Notes under the pieces: generated by a model
The model's input: the letters and a program-made list of their open reading frames with translations, nothing else
Database searches by the model: none
What the model was told of the DNA's origin: nothing
IMG/VR virus record: IMGVR_UViG_3300030376_003444
Location: 1-36,672 of that record
Reading direction: 5' to 3' (one strand)
Length of the DNA stretch: 36,672 nucleotides
From: a virus
Lineage: Duplodnaviria; Caudoviricetes
Shown here: piece by piece, positions 10,479 through 19,106 of the stretch
Layout: every line of letters begins with the position of its first letter
How positions within the stretch are numbered: position 1 is the stretch's first letter
Position numbers and translations under genes: made by a program

Positions 10479-11041
10479 TATGATATTGTTCCTGCTGCTT
10501 TACCGCCCACATATGCTGCTCCTACATCCCCTGCGAAATCAAGGGCAGCAGCAGCGGCACTGGGTTGATTAATTGGCCTGTAATTAGACACTAATCGTGC
10601 CTGTGTTGCTTGTGATGCTTGATCTCTTTCTCTCCTAAACTGATTTACCATTGAGTTATTATTCAAAGTAGCGGCATGAGCTAACTCAGCTTCTCTTTGG
10701 TCAAACTCTTGTAACATCATGGAATACGATGACCCTCCTACTCCACTCTCTAAAGCTGAAGTACGTGCTGTAGCTGCTACATTCATAGCCTGCCGTGTTA
10801 CCTGAATGCGATCCCTAGCAGCTTTATCTTGTGTTTCGCTTTGTCTCATTAAGGAATCAGACATGTTAGACGCATGCTGTTGTAGCATAGACTCACCTAC
10901 GGCACGTTGATGCGTTTCAACTGCTTTTGCGTTTTCTTTGGCAGCTTTATATTTAGTAAAAGCACTGGCTCCTGCAATTGCTGTTTGGGCTATAAATAGC
11001 TTACTTCCTAGGGCAGGTATCATTAAGGCTGGGGCACACAT
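10478..11041 (-). CDS. Internal virion protein, gp14-like
   Basis: 187 aa, MC start, A/Q-rich, ESGVGGSS motif; synteny. Confidence 0.8.
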   Translation of the reverse strand: MCAPALMIPALGSKLFIAQTAIAGASAFTKYKAAKENAKAVETHQRAVGESMLQQHASNMSDSLMRQSETQDKAARDRIQVTRQAMNVAATARTSALESGVGGSSYSMMLQEFDQREAELAHAATLNNNSMVNQFRRERDQASQATQARLVSNYRPINQPSAAAAALDFAGDVGAAYVGGKAAGTIS

Positions 11042-11549
11042 GTTTAGTAAATAATATAAATGTTCTTTGTTCTACTCCGTACTTTGGAATTGTTTTAACA
11101 AGCTCAAAACCCATCCATTTAAGCCACCTAAGATGCACAGCATTGCGAGCGTCGATGACATTGAATAAGGTTTTATATTTCTCATGTAATTCATTTAAGA
11201 TTTGTTTTGAGTTTCTGATGAAAGTTCTGGATTCGGCAGTGAGATCGTTAGTTCCGAGGAGCCAGACCACACCGCTTTCGGGATGCTCAGAGTCACGTGT
11301 ACCAAAGATTCCGCAAGGTCTTCCTCTTCTTGTCTTGATGACATAGCAAGGATCGGAATGTATGACTCCATCGACAAGCACTTGTACAGGAGACTCCCTT
11401 GTGACGGCAGAGATTTCTCTTTGATCAGCATCACGGAGTCTTCCTGCAATGTACTCAGCATCGTCAATGGTGGCGTGTTCAACATAGAGTTTACCAAAGT
11501 CTTTCCTATTTGTTCCATCTACTTCCTCTTGAATACGCAATAGCTTCAT
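11001..11549 (-). CDS. gp13-like internal virion protein A (GNAT-like fold)
   Basis: RLRDADQREI, GVVWLLGT, N.IDARN..HLRWLKWMGF motifs; follows tail tube B. Start is uncertain (44-nt overlap with the upstream gene). Confidence 0.8.
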   Translation of the reverse strand: MKLLRIQEEVDGTNRKDFGKLYVEHATIDDAEYIAGRLRDADQREISAVTRESPVQVLVDGVIHSDPCYVIKTRRGRPCGIFGTRDSEHPESGVVWLLGTNDLTAESRTFIRNSKQILNELHEKYKTLFNVIDARNAVHLRWLKWMGFELVKTIPKYGVEQRTFILFTKHVCPSLNDTCPRK

Positions 11550-14500
11550 AATCCATACTTAAAAAATCTGAAGGATACGGTGTGCTGTTCTGTATTTTTA
11601 TCTGCAACCTGTCGTTCCTTTCCTGTACTCCAAACTTGAAGAAACCTTCCTGTAATTCTGAAGTTCCTGTAAGTAAACTATGTAACGCATCATTTGCATA
11701 CGTGTTAGTTACTGTGTTTTTATTTGGGGCTGACATTTTAGGATTGTGTACTACATCAACAGTAAAAGAGCGTGCGTTGGCATACTCAAGTATTCCCCGT
11801 TGTATTTGATATCGTCCTGTTTCGGTAGCTTTGGCACTCTTAAGAAATGGTTGGCTGAAAACATATTCCATTGTGTAAGGATCGCCGATAAAAAAGTTAT
11901 TAGTAGGGACTGAAACTGCGGAAGGTGTGTCAGAAATAGTTTGTGGTGTAAAAACAACACCTGTTCCTGTAGTTGAACTAGAGTACTGCACTCCCGTGTC
12001 TGTAACTAAGCGTGTACTGCTGGTAATTGTATAACCTGCAGGCATTGTTATAGACGTACTGCCGTTAATTGTTGTGTCTGCTTTGTCTACACGGCGATCA
12101 AGAAGAACTTCGTAGTCCATGCTTGCATCTATCTGATCATCTTCAAACGTGATCTTCTCAATAAAAACAAGAGAACCCCGTTTGATGATCATGTATAATG
12201 TGTTTTTTATAAATTCAATCGAAAGTATTTGAGATGCAGCATCGCCTGTTTTGTAACTGAACCATGCTGATTGTGTTTTTTGATTGTTGTTGAGGAAGTA
12301 TTTGTACACATACAACAAGGCTTCACCTGAGTTATCTGTAAGAACTGCTAACACGTTTTCTGATGAACACGACGCCATCTTTAGGATGTTGCCTTTTATG
12401 TATTTAGGAGCATGTGATGTTACGTCTTGTGCTTCCATGCTGTCTAACTGTTCTTTAGATAAAAAGTATTCAGCAACCCCTCCGTAATTTGTACGAGGAA
12501 ATGCAAAGAAAACACTGTTTCCTGATAAGACAGGGGTTACTCCTGTGTTTAAAAAGTCAGTAGTAGGAGTAACACTAACAGTCTTAGGCGATAAGTATTG
12601 TGCACCTTGTAAAGAAAACTGCTGGCTTCTGCTGAATAAAATTAAACGATCTGAATACGTTAAAGCTGAATGTAATTTAGATACTTTTTCTGAAGCCAGT
12701 GTGACATCAATAGGTGCTGAATCTAAAAAAGAAGCTACTGTTGTCCTAAAAAAATTAAAGTATTCTCCAGCTTCACTGAGTATTACAGACTCTCCTGAAA
12801 TGAATCCTAATCTGTTTTTGAAAAGAAAAACATCATTAATAAAATTCCCTACAAAAGAAGGTGTGGGATTAGTATGTTCATCTCCTGCTACACGGTAGTT
12901 CCAATCACAGTGCTTAAGAACAAATTCTTTAGAGCCGTCTGATTTAAACCTACGTTGCAACATAACAGGCATCGTTTCATCGACAAGTCCTTTAGCAGTG
13001 TTGTAACCTACGCATTCTTCCCAACGTCCGTGACGTAATTGACTAGAGTCTGCTTTGTCAGCTACAAACTGTAAGTAATAATCATCTGCCTCTTCACGTG
13101 CATGTCCTATTACACGTACTACATGCCCATGTCTGCATATAGAAGGTAACTCAGTTTCTTCGCTTACTTCAAAATAAGTTAAGTCTAAACCTGCACCTCC
13201 TAAATCATCAGACACTTGTATCTCAAAAGGAACTCTTTGTGCGTTTCTGATAGAAATTACATTTCCTAATTGAGTTACTTCCCATGTAAGGTTTTTGAGA
13301 GTTTCTCCTGCTGTGCTACTGAACTTAGTAAGGAATTTATCTTTGGCAACATCTTTGGTGAACAGAGTGTTAAGGGTAGTGGTGACACTACTAGCAGTGA
13401 GCGTGTCTACTTCAACAGCAGCCCGATTAAACGTCAGGCCTATGGCTTCCTCTTTAAAAGCGTTAGTATACTGATCGTGATCTTCTTGAAGGGTTCGTCC
13501 ATCAGCACGTGACAACTTGCCTGTTCCTGCTCGAACATGGTAATTGCCGTTTATAATCAGTGCATTACTTCCAAGTACTTCTGCAATTCTTTCAGTACCT
13601 ATTGCTTGCTGATCTTCTGATTTACCTGTCCATATAGGAGTTTTGTAATAAAATTCACCGTCATATACTGTGTTGTTTAAATTGGATACTCGTGTTTGAG
13701 AAGCAGTGCCAGCACCTCCTGAAGTAAATGAACGATCCCTATGTAACCGATCAGTAGGTGTTGATGGAGACTGCAGTCCTTGTTTTACGTAGTCTTTATC
13801 ACCGCCACCGTGTTGATCAACGGATTTGCCAAAAGCCCTTACAATGTAATCCAGACCTACTCGATATTCTTTGTTATTATCCTCGTAGGATTGTTTTCCT
13901 GAATACGCTTTTCTTTCAGTGCCGTTTTTAGTGACATTAACAGTATGCGTAGTAGGTACGTGTCCTAGTTCAGAATCTAAAAATAACCAACTTTCTTGAG
14001 ATACAGTGCTGCTGTCGTACCCTGCTTCATCAGCAGCTACACCTGCGTTATCACATAAAACGACTTCCCATTCTTCACTTAGCTTTCCCCCTGCCTGAGC
14101 AATTGCATTTTTCACATCACCTACAGTAGTCAAATTGCTGGTGACTTTGTCGTTGTGTTTTGCCCAATAAAAGTTAACCCATATAAAAAGATTCCCTGCA
14201 CCTGAAGTGCTGTAATGTAAAGCTACTCGTTCATTATCTAAATCTTGTGTCACAGCTTTAAGACTTCCTACAACATTCTGCTTTGAATCTAGTTGTAACC
14301 CTGCGTGGATTTTACGTAAGTCTTGTTTGGAACTTTCTAAATATTTACCTCCAGATGTTGTGACATCATCAGCTAATAGGTCTTTGTATGCATTTCCAAG
14401 ACTAGCTTGAGAAGAAGCCAGCAGTCCAAAAGCATCATTAACCTGAACAATATCTCTTTCGTAAGCCCAGTTTTGCATCAACCTAATTAGGTAACTATTG

Positions 14501-16257
14501 AAATGACCTCCTTTCTTTTTTGCACGAATCTTACAGACAGGGCGAGATGTGGCAGTTGCTGATGCAGTACTGTTTCCGTATAAAAGAGTTGAGGCTGCTT
14601 TTGCTGCTACTCCTGTTGCCTCCGTAGCTGTCCTTTCTACAGCTTCTGACCCTACTTTAATTCTGTAGTATTTGCCGTAATCTGCTGTTTTAACACGCAC
14701 AAAAGCTTCATACGTAGGAATATGTTCTGGGTAACTATTTTCTTGTACTTCCCTAGTCTGGTTAACAATAAAAGTAGAGTCTCCTATAGTTTTAGCTTTA
14801 AGAGCTTTTGCAGGGTTATTGACTTGTAATAAATAATTATATGGATTTCCATAAGTATTGTCAGGGACAACTGGATAAGTGCTTCCTGTTTTTAAATCAG
14901 TTACATAAGGACCTGTACCTTTTTCACTGTGGGTAACACTGCAGGTTCCTCCGTCATCACCTACGTATGCAAAATCGTTTGTTTCTCTGTAATCATTCTG
15001 ACTAATGTTTCGAAACTTAGACGTATTCTTAGGGTTAGCCCAGTAGTAGACAGTGTAATTACCGTTTCCATCATCAGCCCCTAAATCCCACAGACTGTCT
15101 ATTCCTTCAGCTAGTGTTATTACAGTAGAAGAAACAGCAGTGACTATAGCTCGCGGATTATTTGGGTTGTCTCCTACTCGTATTAAACTACCTACAGGAA
15201 GTGTAGTGACATCAAACGATCCTTGGACTTTGGTCAACTCGTTTCCGTCAGGATTAAATGTTGTTTCGGTTGAATAAAAATCTACGTAATCACTGACAGA
15301 TTCACCTTCATCAAACCTTTGAACATACTCGTCAATGCGGAGTAACTGATCCCCATCTACACGATAACCGAAGTTAGTAGCTTTTACTGCTAAACTTTCA
15401 GCGTTTTTTAACCAGAATTTAGATGCGATTTCATTAGCCCTTAAGTTTGTTCCTCCCATTGTTTTGGCAGGTTGGCTTAATTCCACTAACTCATTGTTTG
15501 CTAAAATGTAAGCTGAAGTACCTTGTAGATTTCTGATGTTTATATAATTTCCATTTGCAAAAGAATGTCCTGTGCCTGAAGCAGGTGAGCTAAATCGTGT
15601 TGTAAGAACACCATCAACCCATGAACCGTCAGCATTTCGTACTGATTCAATTAATAGTCCTGCTTTGTATTCATCTCCTACAGTTCCTAAAGCTGCTGCA
15701 GTTAACTCAACGTGTCCTACTGTTAAATAATTAGTTGCTGTTGATGTTGCTGTAGTTGTTTTTAAAATAAACCAACGGTTATTATTAGTGTTACCAAAAG
15801 AATGTACATAATAGGTTTCACCTTCGTGAATGCCTGTTGGAAATCTGTCGCCTAATTCTGTACGTGTAAATTGAACAGCATCATTAACTGCAAAAAGGTC
15901 AGACGCATGTGTATACGTTATAGAACCTGTGATGTTGGCAGCATTTCCTGAACCATCCCAATCTCTTGCAGTGGTCAGATCAACACCTGTAATTCTAGTT
16001 TCCGTACCGTTATTTACTACAACAGCATACTGCTCATTATCATCACGGTACATGAGGTGCATAAAACTCTCAGTACCTGTAGACGCATTAACCCCTATTG
16101 AACTGACATGTTTAATCGGAGGACGCTTTACTAAGCCTTTGATATGTGAGGAGTACGCATTAATCTGTTCAGTTGCTTGTGAAGCATACCGTTGAGACTC
16201 AGCCTGCTGGCTTACTCCTTGAGCTAAACTTGTTGCTGCACTTTTAACTAAAGGCAT
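11506..16257 (-). CDS. Tail tubular protein B (nozzle), gp12-like, with large insertions
   Basis: GVSQQ...GLVKRPP N-terminus; NPTPSFVG, FKNRLGF, SEAGEYFNFF, PIDV, QSAW motifs; 1583 aa. Confidence 0.92.
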   Translation of the reverse strand: MPLVKSAATSLAQGVSQQAESQRYASQATEQINAYSSHIKGLVKRPPIKHVSSIGVNASTGTESFMHLMYRDDNEQYAVVVNNGTETRITGVDLTTARDWDGSGNAANITGSITYTHASDLFAVNDAVQFTRTELGDRFPTGIHEGETYYVHSFGNTNNNRWFILKTTTATSTATNYLTVGHVELTAAALGTVGDEYKAGLLIESVRNADGSWVDGVLTTRFSSPASGTGHSFANGNYINIRNLQGTSAYILANNELVELSQPAKTMGGTNLRANEIASKFWLKNAESLAVKATNFGYRVDGDQLLRIDEYVQRFDEGESVSDYVDFYSTETTFNPDGNELTKVQGSFDVTTLPVGSLIRVGDNPNNPRAIVTAVSSTVITLAEGIDSLWDLGADDGNGNYTVYYWANPKNTSKFRNISQNDYRETNDFAYVGDDGGTCSVTHSEKGTGPYVTDLKTGSTYPVVPDNTYGNPYNYLLQVNNPAKALKAKTIGDSTFIVNQTREVQENSYPEHIPTYEAFVRVKTADYGKYYRIKVGSEAVERTATEATGVAAKAASTLLYGNSTASATATSRPVCKIRAKKKGGHFNSYLIRLMQNWAYERDIVQVNDAFGLLASSQASLGNAYKDLLADDVTTSGGKYLESSKQDLRKIHAGLQLDSKQNVVGSLKAVTQDLDNERVALHYSTSGAGNLFIWVNFYWAKHNDKVTSNLTTVGDVKNAIAQAGGKLSEEWEVVLCDNAGVAADEAGYDSSTVSQESWLFLDSELGHVPTTHTVNVTKNGTERKAYSGKQSYEDNNKEYRVGLDYIVRAFGKSVDQHGGGDKDYVKQGLQSPSTPTDRLHRDRSFTSGGAGTASQTRVSNLNNTVYDGEFYYKTPIWTGKSEDQQAIGTERIAEVLGSNALIINGNYHVRAGTGKLSRADGRTLQEDHDQYTNAFKEEAIGLTFNRAAVEVDTLTASSVTTTLNTLFTKDVAKDKFLTKFSSTAGETLKNLTWEVTQLGNVISIRNAQRVPFEIQVSDDLGGAGLDLTYFEVSEETELPSICRHGHVVRVIGHAREEADDYYLQFVADKADSSQLRHGRWEECVGYNTAKGLVDETMPVMLQRRFKSDGSKEFVLKHCDWNYRVAGDEHTNPTPSFVGNFINDVFLFKNRLGFISGESVILSEAGEYFNFFRTTVASFLDSAPIDVTLASEKVSKLHSALTYSDRLILFSRSQQFSLQGAQYLSPKTVSVTPTTDFLNTGVTPVLSGNSVFFAFPRTNYGGVAEYFLSKEQLDSMEAQDVTSHAPKYIKGNILKMASCSSENVLAVLTDNSGEALLYVYKYFLNNNQKTQSAWFSYKTGDAASQILSIEFIKNTLYMIIKRGSLVFIEKITFEDDQIDASMDYEVLLDRRVDKADTTINGSTSITMPAGYTITSSTRLVTDTGVQYSSSTTGTGVVFTPQTISDTPSAVSVPTNNFFIGDPYTMEYVFSQPFLKSAKATETGRYQIQRGILEYANARSFTVDVVHNPKMSAPNKNTVTNTYANDALHSLLTGTSELQEGFFKFGVQERNDRLQIKIQNSTPYPSDFLSMDYEAIAYSRGSRWNK

Positions 16258-17087
16258 CAGACTTTATAGAGGTTAGAAATAGAGGGTGACTGTATTGTTT
16301 GTCCTCTTGAAACTGTATAATAAGGTAAAGAAGCATTGAATACATTTGTTTCTGCGTTCTCTGAATCAGCTTGTAGAAACTGTGCGTGTGCTGTTTGTTC
16401 TTCTAACGCAGCCATCTGCACTAACTGAGGATCGCCTACATGTCTTTGGGCAAACACTCTTGCTGCTCTCATTGTAATGTATCTACGTGCGTACTCAGGG
16501 AGTGACTCACCTCCTGAGGAATCCTGTTCAAAGGGAACCTGATAAGTAATGATTGCCTTGAGGTCTTCGTTGTACTCGTAGGTAGCATTGTTCTTGTCGT
16601 AGATAAACCTGCCTCTTACCACAGGGTCTATGTCACCGTAGCGGTACGAAGAGAAATCTACGTTTAGTGCTGTTGTGGGTGTGCCAATACGTTTGGTGTA
16701 GCCCATTGATGTACCTGTAGGTCCTGAACTAGCTACAAAAGAGTTAGCATCAGTCACGGAAGATACAGTATAGTTGGCGTTACCTATAGTTACTGTTTCA
16801 CCTTTAGACAAATAATGAGGAGCATCAGCGTTGCCGTTCTTTGTGGTTACTGTGGTTGTGTTTGTTACTGCACAAGTGATGGTTTCACTGCCACGTGCCA
16901 ACTCGACATCATAAAAGATATTGAAGTGCCAGCCTTCAGACTGAACTGCTTTGTCTATCTCTTCTAATATTTTTTGAGCGTCATTAGCTTCTCCCGCACT
17001 TGCCAGTTGACTAATTCGAGATTGCCCAATAGTGGACAACATCTGGTTGACCGCTTCTAATTTTCCTGTAAATGCACCGTAAGCCAT
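16257..17087 (-). CDS. Tail tubular protein A, gp11-like
   Basis: LEAVNQMLSTIGQ, VQSEGWHFN, LPEYARRYITMRAARVF motifs; follows capsid gene. Confidence 0.92.
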   Translation of the reverse strand: MAYGAFTGKLEAVNQMLSTIGQSRISQLASAGEANDAQKILEEIDKAVQSEGWHFNIFYDVELARGSETITCAVTNTTTVTTKNGNADAPHYLSKGETVTIGNANYTVSSVTDANSFVASSGPTGTSMGYTKRIGTPTTALNVDFSSYRYGDIDPVVRGRFIYDKNNATYEYNEDLKAIITYQVPFEQDSSGGESLPEYARRYITMRAARVFAQRHVGDPQLVQMAALEEQTAHAQFLQADSENAETNVFNASLPYYTVSRGQTIQSPSISNLYKV

Positions 17088-17094
17088 AATGTTA

Positions 17095-17133
17095 TAAAAA
17101 AAGAGGGAACCCCCAATATTTCAGAGGGTTCCC
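17095..17133 (-). terminator. Intrinsic terminator after the major capsid gene (T-phi-like position)
   Basis: Minus strand GGGAACCCTC-TGAAATATT-GGGGGTTCCC followed by TCTTTTTTT. Confidence 0.85.
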
Positions 17134-17147
17134 AGTGTTAACTGTTA

Positions 17148-18401
17148 TTAATCGTCGTTATCGACGTCAGCGTCAGCCAGTGTTTCTGGGCGAGTACCGT
17201 CAGACCAAACAACAACAGACTCAGGGCGAAGAGGCCCGTGACCCATGCTGTACTTGGCAACAAACAAGTTACCTTGACGGGCGATCAGATATTCTGACTC
17301 CATTGTCAAGTCTTGTAGTTTCAACGTACCGAAACCACCTTTCTGGAACACAAGTCCAGCACAGTGGGTGTAGTCTAGGTCATAGTTATTACCTGTTTGA
17401 CCTTCCCAACGATTTGGATGAGCGTTAGTTGCAGCACTAGACGGAAGGTGGTTGCTTGTGAGGAGGGTAATACCTGCAACACGAACAATTGTACCAGCCG
17501 CGATAGAACCTTCACCTCCAACATCCTTGTTGATTAGTGAAGAACCTACTACATCTGTACCAGAAGTGTTGTTAACCAATTCATAGTACATCGCAGGAGT
17601 GATGATTGCGTAACGATCACTCTGTGGAACGTCCTTCTCATCCAACAATCTTGCAGACTCAAAAAGAGCCTTACGGATTGCAGCAGCGTCAGGAGCGTAT
17701 CTCAACTTGTTAATAGCAGTAGAAGCTGCAGCAGTGTTAGCTTTTATAGTTGCATCTACTTGACCTTCAACACTGTTACTATACACAACTGAACCATATT
17801 TAGTTTGTCCAGCAATCCAAGGATCAGCAGGTATTAAGACCTTTTGAGAATCAGACACGCCAGCAACATCTGCTGCTTCTTGTGTTGAAGAGTTCTTAGC
17901 ACCTGTTTTGATAGCAACCTTGAGAACATTCTTATCGAACTCGTTAGCCAAGGCTTCACCAAGCTGGTGTGTGTAAGGGGCACGTACATCGAAGTGACTT
18001 ACCAGTTCATCAATAGATGAAATGAAGGTGTTAGCCATTAACATTTTGTCAATGTGTATCAACACTTCAGTCTGTTTGAATTGGTTAAGACCACCGTTAG
18101 CTCCTACACCTGTTCCGTCAGCACCTAAGATGTCAGATCCGGGGGTGTAGTAGCCTGCTCCTGCAGTTCCTATTACAGGGAACTGTGCCGATTTACCTTT
18201 AGAAATAGTTCTAATGGTATGTAACGGTTTCATGATGTTCTTTTCATCAAATACCGTCATTACTTCTCCCGCGAATTTCTTCAGGAAGAGACCTGTTGTA
18301 TCATCAGCCCATTGGTTTGAACCAACACGACCTTCGATGTTAATGTTTGAACGACCTCCGGCTGAACCGTTGCCTCCAAACAAATTACCTGCATAAGCCA
18401 T
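17148..18401 (-). CDS. Major capsid protein, gp10-like
   Basis: LFLKKFAGEV, RTISKGKSAQFPVIG, FDVRAPY...GEALA...D, LDEKDVP, MGHGPLRPE motifs. Confidence 0.96.
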   Translation of the reverse strand: MAYAGNLFGGNGSAGGRSNINIEGRVGSNQWADDTTGLFLKKFAGEVMTVFDEKNIMKPLHTIRTISKGKSAQFPVIGTAGAGYYTPGSDILGADGTGVGANGGLNQFKQTEVLIHIDKMLMANTFISSIDELVSHFDVRAPYTHQLGEALANEFDKNVLKVAIKTGAKNSSTQEAADVAGVSDSQKVLIPADPWIAGQTKYGSVVYSNSVEGQVDATIKANTAAASTAINKLRYAPDAAAIRKALFESARLLDEKDVPQSDRYAIITPAMYYELVNNTSGTDVVGSSLINKDVGGEGSIAAGTIVRVAGITLLTSNHLPSSAATNAHPNRWEGQTGNNYDLDYTHCAGLVFQKGGFGTLKLQDLTMESEYLIARQGNLFVAKYSMGHGPLRPESVVVWSDGTRPETLADADVDNDD

Positions 18402-18429
18402 ATTATTTTATCTTTCTTATATATTATTA

Positions 18430-18507
18430 AACAACTAAACGACCATAGCACTCACTATGATCTAACAATTCCCTAAGTTGTTGCTTCCAAGTTGTCTGTC
18501 GTAACAG
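18430..18507 (-). promoter_or_regulatory. Structured leader upstream of capsid gene
   Basis: CUGU-UACG-ACAG hairpin (18496-18507) followed by ACAAC; GAUCAUAGU-GAGU-GCUAUGGUC hairpin (18441-18462); enclosing AACAACU/AGUUGUU pair (18476-18482 with 18430-18436). Confidence 0.45.
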
Positions 18508-18508
18508 G

Positions 18509-18781
18509 CTATTCGGCTCCCTCTTCGGGCAAATTCATTGGCCCAGTTAACCAACCTTCTGGCAACTGGACTCTATTAGTGGATAGCTCCCAACCTTTTT
18601 CAGGCCCTTTGTAATAATACACATGGCCTTTGACATCTGGTCCTATCCTTACCAATGTGTCAGTCGGGTGTATGAATACCACTCTTTTGCCACCTGTCAA
18701 GCATCCGCTGCTCCCAAGCGTCACGCAACTTGCGAGGGACAGCAGAAGCAACCGATGCTTTAACAGGTTTAGTGGCATCAT
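18509..18781 (-). CDS. Small lipoprotein, putative o-spanin (Rz1-like)
   Basis: Basic-hydrophobic signal with lipobox-like LASC / SSGC; 90 aa; 5' half overlaps a small upstream ORF in another frame. Confidence 0.6.
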   Translation of the reverse strand: MMPLNLLKHRLLLLSLASCVTLGSSGCLTGGKRVVFIHPTDTLVRIGPDVKGHVYYYKGPEKGWELSTNRVQLPEGWLTGPMNLPEEGAE

Positions 18782-18830
18782 TGATTAGGAGTTTAAGTAT
18801 CTCCTTCAGTATTACTATTAGTATCTCCAC
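18660..18830 (-). CDS. 56-aa protein, putative i-spanin (Rz-like); absent from ORF track
   Basis: GTG at 18830: MEILIVILKEILKLLINDATKPVKASVASAVPRKLRDAWEQRMLDRWQKSGIHTPD*. Hydrophobic/amphipathic N-terminus; bridges holin and lipoprotein genes. Confidence 0.5.
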   Translation of the reverse strand: MEILIVILKEILKLLINDATKPVKASVASAVPRKLRDAWEQRMLDRWQKSGIHTPD

Positions 18831-19053
18831 TATTCAATTTAATTTCAGCATCTAATTGCTGTTTCTTTAAAGTAAGCCGAGACCCTGTATAGCCTAAGGC
18901 TACTAGTGTTGCTGTTATGAGTCCGACTATTTTTGTAGCAAACTCATTGTCTTCGACTACACCTGATGCCGTTACCACTCCAATGGCTACAGCTATTAAG
19001 CTTAACCAGAACTCAGTACTTTTGTACCCTGCTTTTTTCTCTATTGTATTCAT
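18793..19053 (-). CDS. Putative holin with two transmembrane segments
   Basis: 86 aa; GYKSTEFW then two hydrophobic stretches (LSLIAVAIGVVTASGV; IVGLITATLVALGY) and a charged tail. Confidence 0.6.
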   Translation of the reverse strand: MNTIEKKAGYKSTEFWLSLIAVAIGVVTASGVVEDNEFATKIVGLITATLVALGYTGSRLTLKKQQLDAEIKLNSGDTNSNTEGDT

Positions 19054-19106
19054 TTTGGTCTTGGTTTAGGGCGTTTTACTTTAGGCCCTCTAGTATTGTA
19101 CCTCAT
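19050..19106 (-). CDS. 18-aa basic micro-ORF MRYNTRGPKVKRPKPRPK
   Basis: ATGA overlap with the scaffold stop and a second ATGA overlap with the holin start; fills the gap exactly. Confidence 0.55.
   Translation of the reverse strand: MRYNTRGPKVKRPKPRPK

Noticed and set aside
11195-11518. 107-aa alternative-frame ORF with a GAGGA-preceded ATG inside the gp13-like gene; possible frameshifted start
   Set aside because: The gp13-like frame is open from its own ATG at 11549 and carries the motifs; no slippery site supports a frameshift.
17135-17200. T7 10A/10B-type capsid frameshift extension
   Set aside because: No slippery sequence seen, and a terminator follows the stop directly.
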